Shown piece after piece: positions 39,201 to 51,500 of a DNA stretch of 64,000 nucleotides. Position 1 is the first letter of the stretch, and the number at the start of each line of letters is the position of its first letter. The notes under the pieces are model-generated. The model worked only from the letters and a program-made list of their open reading frames with translations. It did no database searches and was not told the DNA's origin. A program made the position numbers and the translations under genes. This stretch comes from Paraphysomonas bandaiensis (Eukaryota > Protista > Chrysophyceae): NCBI GenBank assembly GCA_965644295.1, contig CBFFRP010000412.1, positions 124,001-188,000 of the forward strand, written 5' to 3'.

Positions 39201-40026
39201 TATTCAGAATATGCCAATACCTGGTGTCCGGCGCTCCTCTTATGTGTGGTGGGGATGTGCTTGGCACATGCAGACGCCACTGGAGAACATCAATGAGAAT
39301 TGTTATGTGGTTATCGAGCTAAAGAACGCCTCTTCATGGAGTCAGATTCTCCTCCCGTCCGCGGCACCTGCTCAGCAGTCCAGTAGTAGCGGTGGGTTCA
39401 GCTCATTCTTTGGTGGTGGAAGCAGCAGCAGTGAAAGTGTTTATGCTACGACCAGTCAGGGCACTTCTATAGCCTGGTATATCCATCCGCTGGACCTCAC
39501 GAAATTGAATTCGACTTCGCAGACATTTGAATTATTCCAGAGCCCTGTGCTCCTACCACCCGGTCCCAAAGATCCCCCACATCCCGATTCGTCGTATCGA
39601 TCAGACTGCTCATTCCTTGAAACCAATTTTCTTATCTCGAAGAGGGGGAAGGATGTGGACCTCAGAGATTATCGCTCCCAGCCGTCATGGGTTCACCATC
39701 ATCTCCCGAAACCAGGCGAGGATGTGCGCACAGCTTCGGTTATACGCCAATCGGCAGAGCCACCGCCGAATCGAGAACGCCCCCCCGTAAACATATCTAA
39801 GCTTATGGGAGTTACCGCAGAAGAGGAAGAACATGAGGGTGATACCTTCTCAGAAGAAAATATCAACGCAATGGGAATTAAGGAATTAAAAAGTCATCTG
39901 GAAAGTTTCGGTGTTGACTATTCCAGTTTCGTGGAAAAGAGTGAGTTGCGACAAGCCCTTAAGAATGCCGTGGGTGGTTTGAAAAAAAAAACTTCTCTAG
40001 GGGGTATATTCAGTTACGCTACCTAG
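33242..40026 (+). CDS. Unconventional myosin: motor, about 23 IQ, ankyrin, PH, ankyrin, Aida-type C2-like, SAP-like tail (stramenopile class XXXI-like), 4 exons
   Basis: P-loop GESGAG|KT is split by an intron at 33732-33778. Also NDNSSRFG, DIFGFE, an IQxxxR array, ankyrin motifs SPLHVA, GETPLHVL and GQTALHVA, PH motif WQKRWTVL..LAYYK, and WHMQTPLEN. Other introns are at about 38215-38261 and 39071-39125. Confidence 0.93.
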
Positions 40027-40685
40027 CGTGACGTATTGTTAGAGTTTAGATAATTAAGAATGCCGAAATGTTATTAAATAAATATAATATGGAAAGTCAT
40101 CATAAATTTTTAGATCAATGGCAAATTTCAAATAGATCTATCTTGCCTAGTAAAATAAAGTAGCAAGTGGCAGTAAATTAAGCTACCGAATTCTTATGGA
40201 GTTTGAATTTAAGTAGTTTTCTGAGTGTGTCAAGATTAATATGAAGTAAATAAGAAAACTCCGGCAGGAAGAGGATGAAGGTAGCTATGAAAAATTAAAT
40301 AATGTTGAGTTTGCTCTGAGTTGGACAATTATTCGATTCAGTTACCAATATATGACAGTACATATTCATATGGGACACACACAACAACGATAAAAATCGA
40401 TGAAGATTATAAACTTTTCTTCTTCATCTTTCAACTTTCATTCTGCTGCGCTTCATACAACCCCCTTTGCAAATGGGGGCTTGAAGTTACAAGAATAAAA
40501 TATATACTTTATATACATAGTTAAAGATAGCTTTCATAGTAGATGATGGGGGAGGGAAAATTTTCTATAAGGATATTTTTCATAAAACCTACTGTAAAGT
40601 CTATCTGTGTTACTCCAGGTTGAGTTCTCCTGTCCTCCATCATGCTCTCTTAGAAAACATGGTTTCAGGTATAACATACTTTTTT

Positions 40686-40795
40686 GTAGAGCTAAATAGT
40701 AAATTGTAGGAATCAGAGTTAAGAACTAGTTAGTTAAATTGTAATGTTAAATTCTGACTCTTACTCCCCTGTTCCTAATAACAAGGAATTCACTA
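40686..40795 (-). repeat. Copy E of the terminal-repeat family (degenerate)
   Basis: GTAGAGCTAAA, then TAGT..GTAGGAATCAGAGTTAAGAACTAGTTAGTTAAATTG..TTCTGACTCTTACTC..GAATTCACTA. Confidence 0.65.
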
Positions 40796-41489
40796 CTATA
40801 GCATACTTTAAAATATCATTATAAAATACCATTTCAAGGTAAATTTTGAAAAGTTGCCCGTCGTTTCAACCTCCATATTCGTTTAATCCTTTCTGAATCT
40901 GTATCTGCTATGGTGGGACAGACTATGCAGTGCTACGCCCAGAGAGGTTCCAGTTAGATTCTGCAGCTTCACCACTGAAGCTATATATATGTTGACCAAG
41001 AGGTCTGTGATATAAGTGTCCCCCTTTGTACCACTACTAAAAGTAGTCCTTCTAATGCGGAAAGGTAGTTGGTAGTATGTATTGTTATTTTTAACTACTT
41101 CTGTATAAATTTAACTCTGATAGAAGTTTAAGTTAATAATAATTGCGTTGAAAATTCAGACCTGTATTTTCTTTAACATAACAAAATGTTACTTTTAGTA
41201 TCTACTATTCACCAACAAAACCTGGTAAAATCACTTTGTCAGGTTTGGGCATCACAGCCACTTTTATCAAGTTAAATTTCAATTTTTAACACCATTCATA
41301 TGATATTATATATGACATACAACATTGCTAACAGGGTTAGCTGGATATTACATCAAGTAAACAATACGCAAATGTGAAAAGCAATTCCCACGTTTTTGAC
41401 GTTCATTCCTTGTTAAAACTATAGCTAGTTACTAGAGTGCTAATATATAGTTCTCTGCATTTGTATTTTGATATATTATTGACTTTTTT

Positions 41490-41546
41490 TGCAATGTCTA
41501 TAATTGACAATTAATTGCAAATCAATTAGCTATTATGCAGCCTTGC
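41490..41546 (+). mobile_element. Degenerate hAT-family right end
   Basis: AATTGACAATTAATTGCAAAT followed by TGCAGCCTTG, a degenerate form of CGCAGCCCTG. Confidence 0.4.
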
Positions 41547-41618
41547 GGAGTGTTATGATCAATAGCCATCTTGCGGAGCTGTTAAATTGAATAACCCTGT
41601 TTGAAGCAAAGGAGTAGC

Positions 41619-41895
41619 AGTGAATGTCTAATTATTAGCAATAGGCGTTTAAGAGTCAGAAATAATGTAACATTATTATTATTGGTGAATGTATTTTTAT
41701 TAGCAATAGATGAGTAAGAGTCAGAATTAGTGTGGCATTTCAATTTAACTAACTAGTACATAACTCTGATATCCTACCATTTAACGCTACAAAAGCTGCT
41801 TGTGCGTCACCGCAAGCACCAAGGTGCAACCACTTTCGCTCTCTCGCTCGAAGCAAACGCAGTGACATCTTCCTAACATCTGCTGACCTCAGGAG
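41619..41895 (+). mobile_element. Copy F of the terminal-repeat family (repeat 41619-41779 with an internal duplication, leader, and a 3'-interior piece)
   Basis: ...AACTCTGATATCCTACCA, then TTTAACGCTACAAAAGCTGCTTGTGCGTCACCGCAAGCACCAAGGTGCAACCACTTTCG. The segment AAGCAAACGCAG..ACATCTGCTGACCTCAGG matches about 18968-19024. Confidence 0.75.
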
Positions 41896-42522
41896 CAAAG
41901 GATTGATAAATAATAATAGGTAGGATCTAGGAAAATAGTATGACTAGGAAATTCAACCAAATTGACTAGGTTGAATAATATATCTCATAATAGGTCCGTC
42001 CAAAAATCCATTGTTTGCATCGCTCTACGTTGAGAAAACTCTGGATTATTCAATTGGACTGTTCCTGAGATTTTACGCGGGTGCCCGTAGGCTCCTTTTA
42101 GTATCCTACTATTCCCGACATTTTTGTATTCCGGCTAGTACCGTGCGTATATATTTAATTTTCAAATATGTTTCTAGGTGGTGCTTATATAAGATCACAG
42201 TTCTATATCATGAAATACCGCAGTTGTGCGTCTATAAATAATAGTTAATTCATCCAGAAGTCAAGCAAAATTTACTCAGAAGTGTAGCTCATGTATCCTT
42301 CTACTGAATTCGTCTACAGTTCATATTCTAGTACAATTATATTGGTCCAGAAATGACGTTTCAATACAAAAAGATATTAAAAGAGTATCTTGCAAAGGCT
42401 GTTATTGAACTAAGCCCTCAGTTAATACAAAATACAAAATATGAATTTATTATCATTGCTTCTTCTATACACCTGTAGGTAGCACGCATATAAGCGTTCC
42501 ATTTTACCGCAACAAAAAACAA

Positions 42523-44952
42523 TCACTTCTCAGCAGCGGGTATTCCCCCCTTTCTGGGATCACTCACTGCAGTTGCTTTCAGTAATTCGTATTCAACATC
42601 TAGAGTACGAATAGGTATTAGTGCTATCGGACCAAACAGAAGCAAGCCATGATACAAATTACATGCAACACAAAACAGGAAACCAAAAATTCTACCTATA
42701 AATTGGCAAACACCAAAGTTAGACCCTGTGGGTATTGTGATGTTGTGTCCTCTAGAAGTCAGTGCATCGACGAGTTGCTGATCGCTGTAGCTCTCCAACG
42801 TAACGGCAGTTCCATCCGACTGAGACTTACAGTAGTCGCAATCAAGTGTCATGTCTTCTAAGTACACATATTCCGGAAGCAACTGAGAGTGTATTCGAGG
42901 GTGAATAACTGCATCCAGCAAAGACATACCCCGACAAAGGTAGTTTAGTAAAACCTAATCCACAACTAGTCATTGGCCCTGATTGCAAATAAATAGTGAT
43001 AACATACCTGTGCCGTAGCTGTAATTATTCTAGAACCGCCAGATGCTCCTCCCACAAGACGAACCCTCTTATCTGAGTTTCTGACCATGATTGTGGGTGA
43101 CATCGATGACATTCTTTCCAGGCTACGTGAAGTTGAATCACGCAAAACTTCTCAATGTCGGCAATATGTAAGCCGTAATCACCACCTACCTTAATAAAGT
43201 TAGTTTCAGACGGGGCCAAACCAAAATAATTGCTTGAATTTGGAGATGAGAAGTCATCCATTTCATTGTTGAACACAATTCCTACAATATGATCCTATCA
43301 TAAGTTATCTACGTGCACAAGAATATCTTACCGGTACTCGGGGAGAAAATTTTCGATCCAAAGTATGTGTTTACAGTGCTTGTTATTGCGACTGCATGAC
43401 CCTCTCTATCCACCACAGATATGTGGGACGTTCCATAGTCATTTGGGAGATTTGCTGGGACACCATAGTTGCTGCCACCATAGTCGCTTACATCGTCTAA
43501 CACGCTGTCTTCTCGAGTAATAGACCGCAGATTAGGTATTAGATCACCATCTAATATATCACTTATAACACCGGTGACGTTAACAAAATCAGGGTCTCCG
43601 AGGGCCATTCGAATCTACAATAATTGGTGACGAGAAATAATCAAACAAGCATCAAATTACCGCAAAGGAGTGTTTCATTGCCTCAGCTAAGTGATGATAG
43701 TACAAACCTGAAATGTGAATCATATTATGATGCATAACTAAACCTTACACTGATACCTCCTTGCGACACAATAGGTTCTGTATATCCATCTAAAAACTTC
43801 AAAATGGCTCCGACAATTGAACCACCGGAAGATGGTGGCGGTGCGCCGTAAAATTCATGGCCCATTAAATTCATCTGTATAGCGTCTCTCACTGTTGATT
43901 CATATGACCGGATTTCATCTCCTGTTATATTTCCTCCGGCAGCGTTGATCTCAGCCGCCAAGTTATCAGCCATAGTGTCATGTAGATAACTCGGGCCCTC
44001 TGACGCAATCCCCCGTAGTGTGTCGGCAAGAGCAGGGTTTTCTATGAAATCGCCGGCGGTCTTCATGACAAAACCTTGATCGGTAGTTTTATACAAGAGA
44101 GAAATAAGATCAGCATATAGTTCGGGATTGCTCTCCAGCTCTTCGTGAACAAAGTTAATATACCGAGCAACTGTGCTGGATATCTCCCACTTCTCCGCCA
44201 AATCTACAGAGGGTGAAACCACTCGATTCCATGTTACCCCTCCACCTTGCAACTGCCACGCTAAATATAAACCTTTAAGCTCTCCAGGAATTGCCACAGC
44301 CAGTCCACCATTCAAAGATAACGTTGGGTCATCGACATACATGTCCTCAGTCGCACTCAATGGGGCAATCTCACGGGCGTCGATGAAGAGCGGTGAGGCG
44401 GAAGTTGCGTTGTACCCCAGAATAAAACACCCTCCACCCAAACCACTAGAAGCCGGACTCACGACTCCTAAACAAAGGGCAGTTGCCACAGCGGCATCCA
44501 TGGCATTGCCACCGTCTCGCAGTACATCTGCACCAATAACAGAACAGCGATAGTCATCTGCAGCCACAAGTCCACCCCCATCCACACTTTCCACAGCAGC
44601 TGTAGATGCCCAGTTGTCTTCATTCATCATACATGAGTAAGAGTCCCCATTATGAGGTTTTGATAGTGATACTATTATTAAAGCGATCACTAATGGCAAT
44701 ATCAGTAATAAAAAACTGCCACAAAACACTTCCAATGGATGTCTGATATATATATCAGTTAACTTATTCACTACTCCTTCTTTACGAGTCAATTGAGAGT
44801 AATTTCTTTTCTTTTCAATATCGTCATCATCATGATCAGGTGTGGATGCTAGAGGTCGTCTATCATCATGTTTCCCATCATGTTCGTCCCAGGAAGTTAC
44901 CTATAATATATATGAGATTTATAAGATAAGAGAGAAAAGATACCTCCATCAT
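42523..44952 (-). CDS. GGT: Gamma-glutamyltransferase (glutathione hydrolase), type II membrane protein, about 8 exons
   Basis: N-terminal TM, then GGNAMDAAVATALCLGVVSPASSGLGGG, IDAREIAP, APPPSSGG, the catalytic GTSHISVVD..TSTVN, FNNEMDDFS and SDPRKGG. Confidence 0.95.
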
Positions 44953-45238
44953 AACGTAAATGTGCTTATTGTGCTATAACTATGAAGAAGGGGGGAGATG
45001 TTATGTTAATTATGTATGTTAGTTATATATGGCACTGTGGATTACTTCACTTGTTTCAAGATATGATACGGTCAGCTATACTGCACCAGGTACACACTGC
45101 AGCATATGATTCATGGCAGGAATTCCTACGACTAAACCTACCGCCGTATACCTATATGCAACATCTAGACATATTCATTTCGCGATTTCCTACAAACTTC
45201 TCTGGTGCAAATGAATGGCATCAATGATATATACAATG

Positions 45239-45254
45239 GTATACCATGGTATAC
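45239..45254. promoter_or_regulatory. Perfect 16-bp palindrome GTATACCATGGTATAC in the GGT/MDN1 divergent promoter
   Basis: Seen directly. Related TATACC..ATGGTATA motifs lie upstream of other genes. A regulatory role is inferred. Confidence 0.35.
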
Positions 45255-45518
45255 TGCCGTAGTATATTGTGATGTGCTCGCCAAGCCACCATACTAAACT
45301 TAATCCACCAAAAACATGCTCTTTTAGAAAAAACTTCAGTTTTATAACATCGCTCAAGGGTTTTGATAATATCAATTGGCACTGCAAGTGTCCGGAGGTG
45401 GTAAAAAATGTCCATCCGTCCATTCATTTCAGTCAAGAAGAGGAGGACCATTATTTATTACTCAGCCATAGTAGAACATTATCATATTTATCTTAGGTTT
45501 AATACGGGGAGGTACACT

Positions 45519-48500
45519 ATGGCTTCCACCTATATTATGAATATCATAGGTGAGCTAGTGAGTAAGGGTATCGTGGAGTCTCATGAGAAAGCAGACAAAG
45601 AAACTGACTTGAGTCAACCGATGGTAGTTAGTCGTATCTTAAAATCCTTAACATCACAGCTGCTGACGAATAAGATTGATAGAAATATTATTCCTAAATT
45701 AAGTCCAGGTACATATATAATATTTTCGTATCGAGATTACATTATAACAATGAGTAGTTATTTTAGACATAGTTGAAATCGGAAAAACGACAGCAGTAAC
45801 TATGGAGCAACAATTGAATTATGCTTCACTTCTGGCCGATATAATATCATATTCTGTACATTCAGTTGATTTTATGACTGAGGTTTGCGATTTTTTAGTA
45901 CGATTCCTATTGTGTTACTAACCTCTATCTAGGTATTGCCGACTCCAATTTTGTCTGCGACCTTACTTTCTGGTATCGACGATATCAGAATTCGTAAATA
46001 TCTTCGCGCCTTAAGAGTTATGCTTCAAGCTGGGAGTATATCAAGTTATAAGCAGCTTGATTATGGCGTTCTTTTGATGTTTTTATCGAAACAGAGAGTT
46101 GGCGATAGTGAAGGCCAAGAAGTTCGTTACGAGGCGCTGATGCTTTTACTTGAAGCATTGAGAATACCACGACAGTACTTAACGTATTTTATGTGTAAAC
46201 TGTTTGACAACAATGATATTTCTCGACTTCTGCTTGAGGATATTTGCTATCACAAATGTCCTGGGATAGGCAAGAACAGTGTGGGGTCTTTTTCCTCCAA
46301 CGAAGTGTCTTATGGCGAGGGCGCACTTGCGGATTCAGACGTCGTTGTGTTCAAGCCATTCCAGACCAGCACTGTGCATGTATGTGGTCTAGCACTACCC
46401 ACCCAACGTAAGGAGCTTTCGTGGTCATCAAAGCGTATGGTACACACTGAAACGGCGCTGAGGAATATGCGAAGATTGGCCATGGCAGTCAAGATGAATA
46501 CCCCCGTCATTTTACAGGGAGAGAGTGGATCTGGCAAATCGTTTTTAATACGCGAGCTCGCTGCATTGATGGGATGTGAAGACACTCTTCTAGAGCTTCA
46601 CTTGGACGAGCAGACTGATAGTAAGGCATTGATAGGATCCTACATTTGTTCGGACGTTCCAGGGGAATTTGTTTGGCAGCCAGGATTGATCACACAAGCA
46701 GTCATCAATGGGCGGTGGCTGGTAATCGAAGACATTGATAGAGCCTCTCTTGAGGTGATCGCTACTATCACACCTTTATTGGAGAAGGGAAAGATTCTTA
46801 ATGGCGTGTTTGGTGAAGTGGCGGCTCACCCTTCTTTCAGGATATTTGGAACACGGTTGACCTTGTCGGGTAACGAGGATGCAATGAACACGGTACAAAC
46901 ATTGCCCTCAATGAGACATTTCACAACTTTCTGGCATATTATTAACATAGATATTCCACCCATTGAAGAAGTAGAAGAGATACTTCGTCACCGTCATGCA
47001 AATATGCAACCCGCTATTTTCAGTTGCCTACTTGGTACATACAAACGCCTTTGTGGATATCCCGCTGTTGATAGTTCTGGTGATACTCAAAACGTACGGG
47101 ACGTTTCTCGACAGAGACGAAAATACCTCCTCAAACCATTCACTCTTCGCGATCTTATTAAGACTGCTGATAGAATATGCAGTGATCACCGCATGGTGGT
47201 AAAGCAAAATAGCACAGGATTCATTACGGAGAAGCAGCGCCTGGATTGTCTCTCCGATGTTGTGGATGTATTTCTTGGTTCGATGAGAGAGAAGGGGTTA
47301 TCCTACAGAGAGGCTGTACTGGACATAGGAGTAGGTACTGACGGGTGGGGTTGGAGTTTGAGTGAAAATGCGATCGACACGCATATACTTAATCGCTCTC
47401 CGTCTGTTGTGAGCTCTGATGGCAGAGTGTGTATTGGCCGCGTTGATATTCCGATTATGCCATCCGAAGAAGTTGCCTCTTCACGGTCTCAACAATTTGC
47501 CTTTTCGAAGCATTCGTTACGGCTGCTTGAAACAGTTGCAGCGTGTGTTTCTCAGGCAGAGCCTGTTCTCTTGGTTGGTGAGACAGGCAGTGGTAAAACG
47601 ACAGTTGTTCAGGAACTGGCGGATATTCTTAACCATACACTGGTCGTGCAGAATATCAGTTTATCCACAGATTCAAGTGATTTGTTGGGGGGGTTTCGTC
47701 CAGTTTCGCTACGGCAGCTATTTCAGCCTACCTATGAGCAGTTCATTACTCTTTTTCGTGATACTTTTTCACAGGCACAGAACTCTGAATATTTGCATCA
47801 TGTGTCACAGTATTTCCAGAAGCAGCAGTGGAAGAAAATGTTAAAAGCGTTCAGCAAGGCCGCCAGTAATGCGTCAAAAAAATTAGGATTTAGTCCAGAA
47901 TCATACCAAGCAAGATCTGCAGTTGATACCCTTCATCAGTGTTGGCTTGAATTTGTAGATGTCATAAAACGATTGGAATGCAATCTTCCAAAGATTCTTC
48001 ACGGATTTGCATTCGCATTTGTGGATGGCCTTTTGGTCGATGCAATGAAGAAAGGACATTGGGTTCTCCTTGATGAGGTTAATCTCGCGACTCCTGAAAC
48101 CTTACAGGGTTTGGTTGGAATTCTTGATGGCCAATCACTATGCCTTACGGAGAAAGGAGATGTGAAGCCGGTTGTACGACACCCTGACTTCCGTATATTT
48201 GCCGCAATGAATCCTCCTACTGACGTGGGGAAGAGAGAATTGCCGGCGTCTTTGCGAGGAAGATTCACGGAAATATATGTGGAAGAGATGGTAGACCAGC
48301 AGGACCTACAGACTGTGGTTCATCGATACTTGAGTTGTGCTGATGGCTCTGCAACTTCTGGTAAAGCAACTGGTCCTCTGTCGGACGTGGTAGATGTGTA
48401 CCTAGGTTGTCGAGCTAGCGCAGAGGACAGTCTCACAGATGGAGCTGGACAGCGCCCACACTACTCTCTGCGATCTCTCACGCGTGCCCTCAAAGCATGC

Positions 48501-51500
48501 AATAACTTCATGAATATGGGTTTCCGACCATTGTCGCGTGCTTTGTACGAAGGTTTTGCATTAAGCTTTCAGACACAATTGGACCATGTGAGTAGCAGGT
48601 TTATGCGGACATTTCTCATGCAATGTCTGCAAGTGAAAGATGGTAAGAGCATGCTGATGCCTCCTTCTCGACCAGGTGGACGCAAGTCGCAGGCATCTGA
48701 GTGGACATTGGTGAAACCCTACTGGATTCGATCTGGCCCTCGTCCACCAGTTGAGTGGACAGAGCCTGATGCCAGAGGGATTGTCAGATTTGTCATGACC
48801 CCTAACGTCGAGGCGAATATTCGAGATCTAGCTCGAGCAGTCAGTGCCAACGTCACGTCGGTTCTGCTACAAGGTCCAACGAGTGTTGGAAAAACAACAA
48901 TGATAGAATATCTTGCAGCCAAGTGTGGCTACCGCTGTATCCGTATCAATAATCATGAGCACACTGATGTGCAAGAGTATATAGGTGGATATGTGACAAG
49001 TAGTGATGGAAGTCTGGTCTTTAAAGATGGTATGCTTGTTGAGGCACTGAGGAGGGGTGATTGGATCATTTTGGATGAGCTCAATCTTGCGCCTTCCGAT
49101 GTTTTAGAAGCACTTAATAGATTGTTAGATGATAACCGTGAGTTGTATATTCCCGAGACAGGAGAGATAGTAAAACCCTCGCCGGGTTTTTTTCTCTTCG
49201 CTACGCAGAACCCCGCCGGAGCATATGGAGGGCGCAAACCCCTTTCACGTGCATTTAGAAATAGATTTATAGAAATTTATATCAGCGACCTTCCGTATAA
49301 TGAGGTGGAGACTATAGTTGCTGCCACATGTGGGATCGCACCGAAGTACAGCAAGATGTTGGTTGCTGTAATGAAAGAGATGCAGATGCGTAGGCAACAG
49401 TCGACTTTACTTCAGGGAAAGCATGGGTCGATTACAACTCGCGATCTTATCAAATGGGGAAGGCGAAACTTGCATAGTGTCGATGATATTGTGCGTGAAG
49501 GCTATATGCTTTTGGCTGAAAGGCACAGAAGTGACAGCGAACGGAATGAAATTCTAGATATATTGATATCAATTTGCAAGTCATCCTCATTTGATTTGTC
49601 GGGTCTGTATGCTCTGCCCCAGGGATCGCCTGATTGTGATTCCCCACCAGAAAAATCTTGTCTGAAGGAGCTGCAGCAGTTGCAAATCAGCCTTCGTAAC
49701 CATGAGGTTAAAGTGGAAGGCGTGACTGGATTAGCGCTAACATATTCGATCACACGATTGTGGACTATAGTCAGTAGGTGCCACGAGTTCAAGGAGCCTG
49801 CACTTTTGGTCGGAGAAACTGGTTGTGGGTGAGTTTACTCTTCATTTATATTTTTTTACATAACCATTTGTGCAGCAAAACCACTGTGTGTCAATTGTTG
49901 GCTGCTTCAAAGGGTCAGAATATTCGAATAGTTAATTGTCACCAATCCACTGAAACGGCTGATATCATTGGTGGTCTCCGGCCTGTGAGAGGGCGAGAGA
50001 GTCTTCTTGAAGAGGTGTTGACTGGAATTAAGAGGATAGTTCATATTCATTGTACAAATGATGATGGGTTGGATAGGCAACGTAAAGGTCAACAAGATAG
50101 TTTTGCTCAATGTCGTTTGCTGATTGATGAGTGTCGAAGTGGTGAAAGAAAAGAACATGTCAACGAAACACTCATTGGAAATGCCGTAGGTGAAGTTATG
50201 ATGCTGTTGAAGCAGCACGACTCTATCTGCTCATCCGAAAATTCCAGTGACAGTAGACCAAGCAAGAAGTCTAAAAATGGAGAATCGGCCGAGATTGTAC
50301 GAAGTACTGTAGTTTCGTCATGCGAATCCGCATCGAGTTTATCAAATGATACAGTCGCGGATATGAAAAGATGCGTTTCCCAATGGCAGCGGTATATGTC
50401 TTTGTTTGAATGGCAGGATGGTCCGCTTGTGGAAGCTATGAAAAATGGCGACGTATTTGTGTTAGATGAGATTAATCTTGCTGAAGATGCAGTAATTGAG
50501 AGATTGAACAGTGTGTTGGAAAGCTCGCGGACCATAACTCTCGCAGAGAAGGGTGGGCAATGTACAGATGGAAGTGAGCTAGATAGCAATGTTGTCATTA
50601 CTGCACATCCGAACTTCCGTTTTTTTGCTACAATGAACCCAGGGGATGACTTCGGGAAGCGCGAACTTAGTCCTGCATTGCGTTCAAGATTTACTGAAGT
50701 GTGGGTGCCAGGCGTGAATTCAACAGAAGATATTGTTTCTATAGTTCGTGAGATGCTTCCCCGCCTTGATGACATTGGTGGCACGAATGCGTCAGCTATA
50801 GCTTCGTTGATGGTTGATTTTATGCAATGGATCAATGAAGAATCAAGTAAAACCACTATGGTTGGTATCAAGGTTTCTGTGCGAGAAGTTTTAGCTTGGG
50901 CTCGCTTTATTACCAGCTGGAAGTGTGAAGCAGCTGTTGATGTTTTTATCGCCTTTGTTCATGGTGCACAAATGCTGATACTTGATGGATTGGGAATAGG
51001 TCTGTCTATTTCAAGGGAACAAATAGAACGCCTGAAGTCGAATGGAATTGACAAGTTAGTGTCGATGTGCCCTATTCAATATCACCAGGCTGTATCCGAA
51101 TCAGTTATAAGATCATCATCTGATATTACTGATCGACATAAAGTGGCGGTAGAGAAGGACAAATTTCACGTGGGTTCCTTTTCTATTCCAATGGGGCCGA
51201 ATGCAGAGAAGCCATCTTCCACTACTTATGTACTTGAAGCAAAAAGTACTGTTTTGAATTTTCAGCGAGTATTGAGAGCAATGCAGCTACCGAGACCTAT
51301 TCTTTTGGAAGGTCCTCCTGGAGTGGTAAGTATATATATATGTATTTTCATCGTTTATGTGACTTTCTGATATAGGGAAAAACCTCGTTAATTTCGAATT
51401 TAGCTATTTTAACTGGTCATAATCTTGTGAGGATCAATCTGTCTGAGCACAGCGAAATATCCGATCTTATTGGCACAGACTTGCCGAATTCTGGTGTAGA

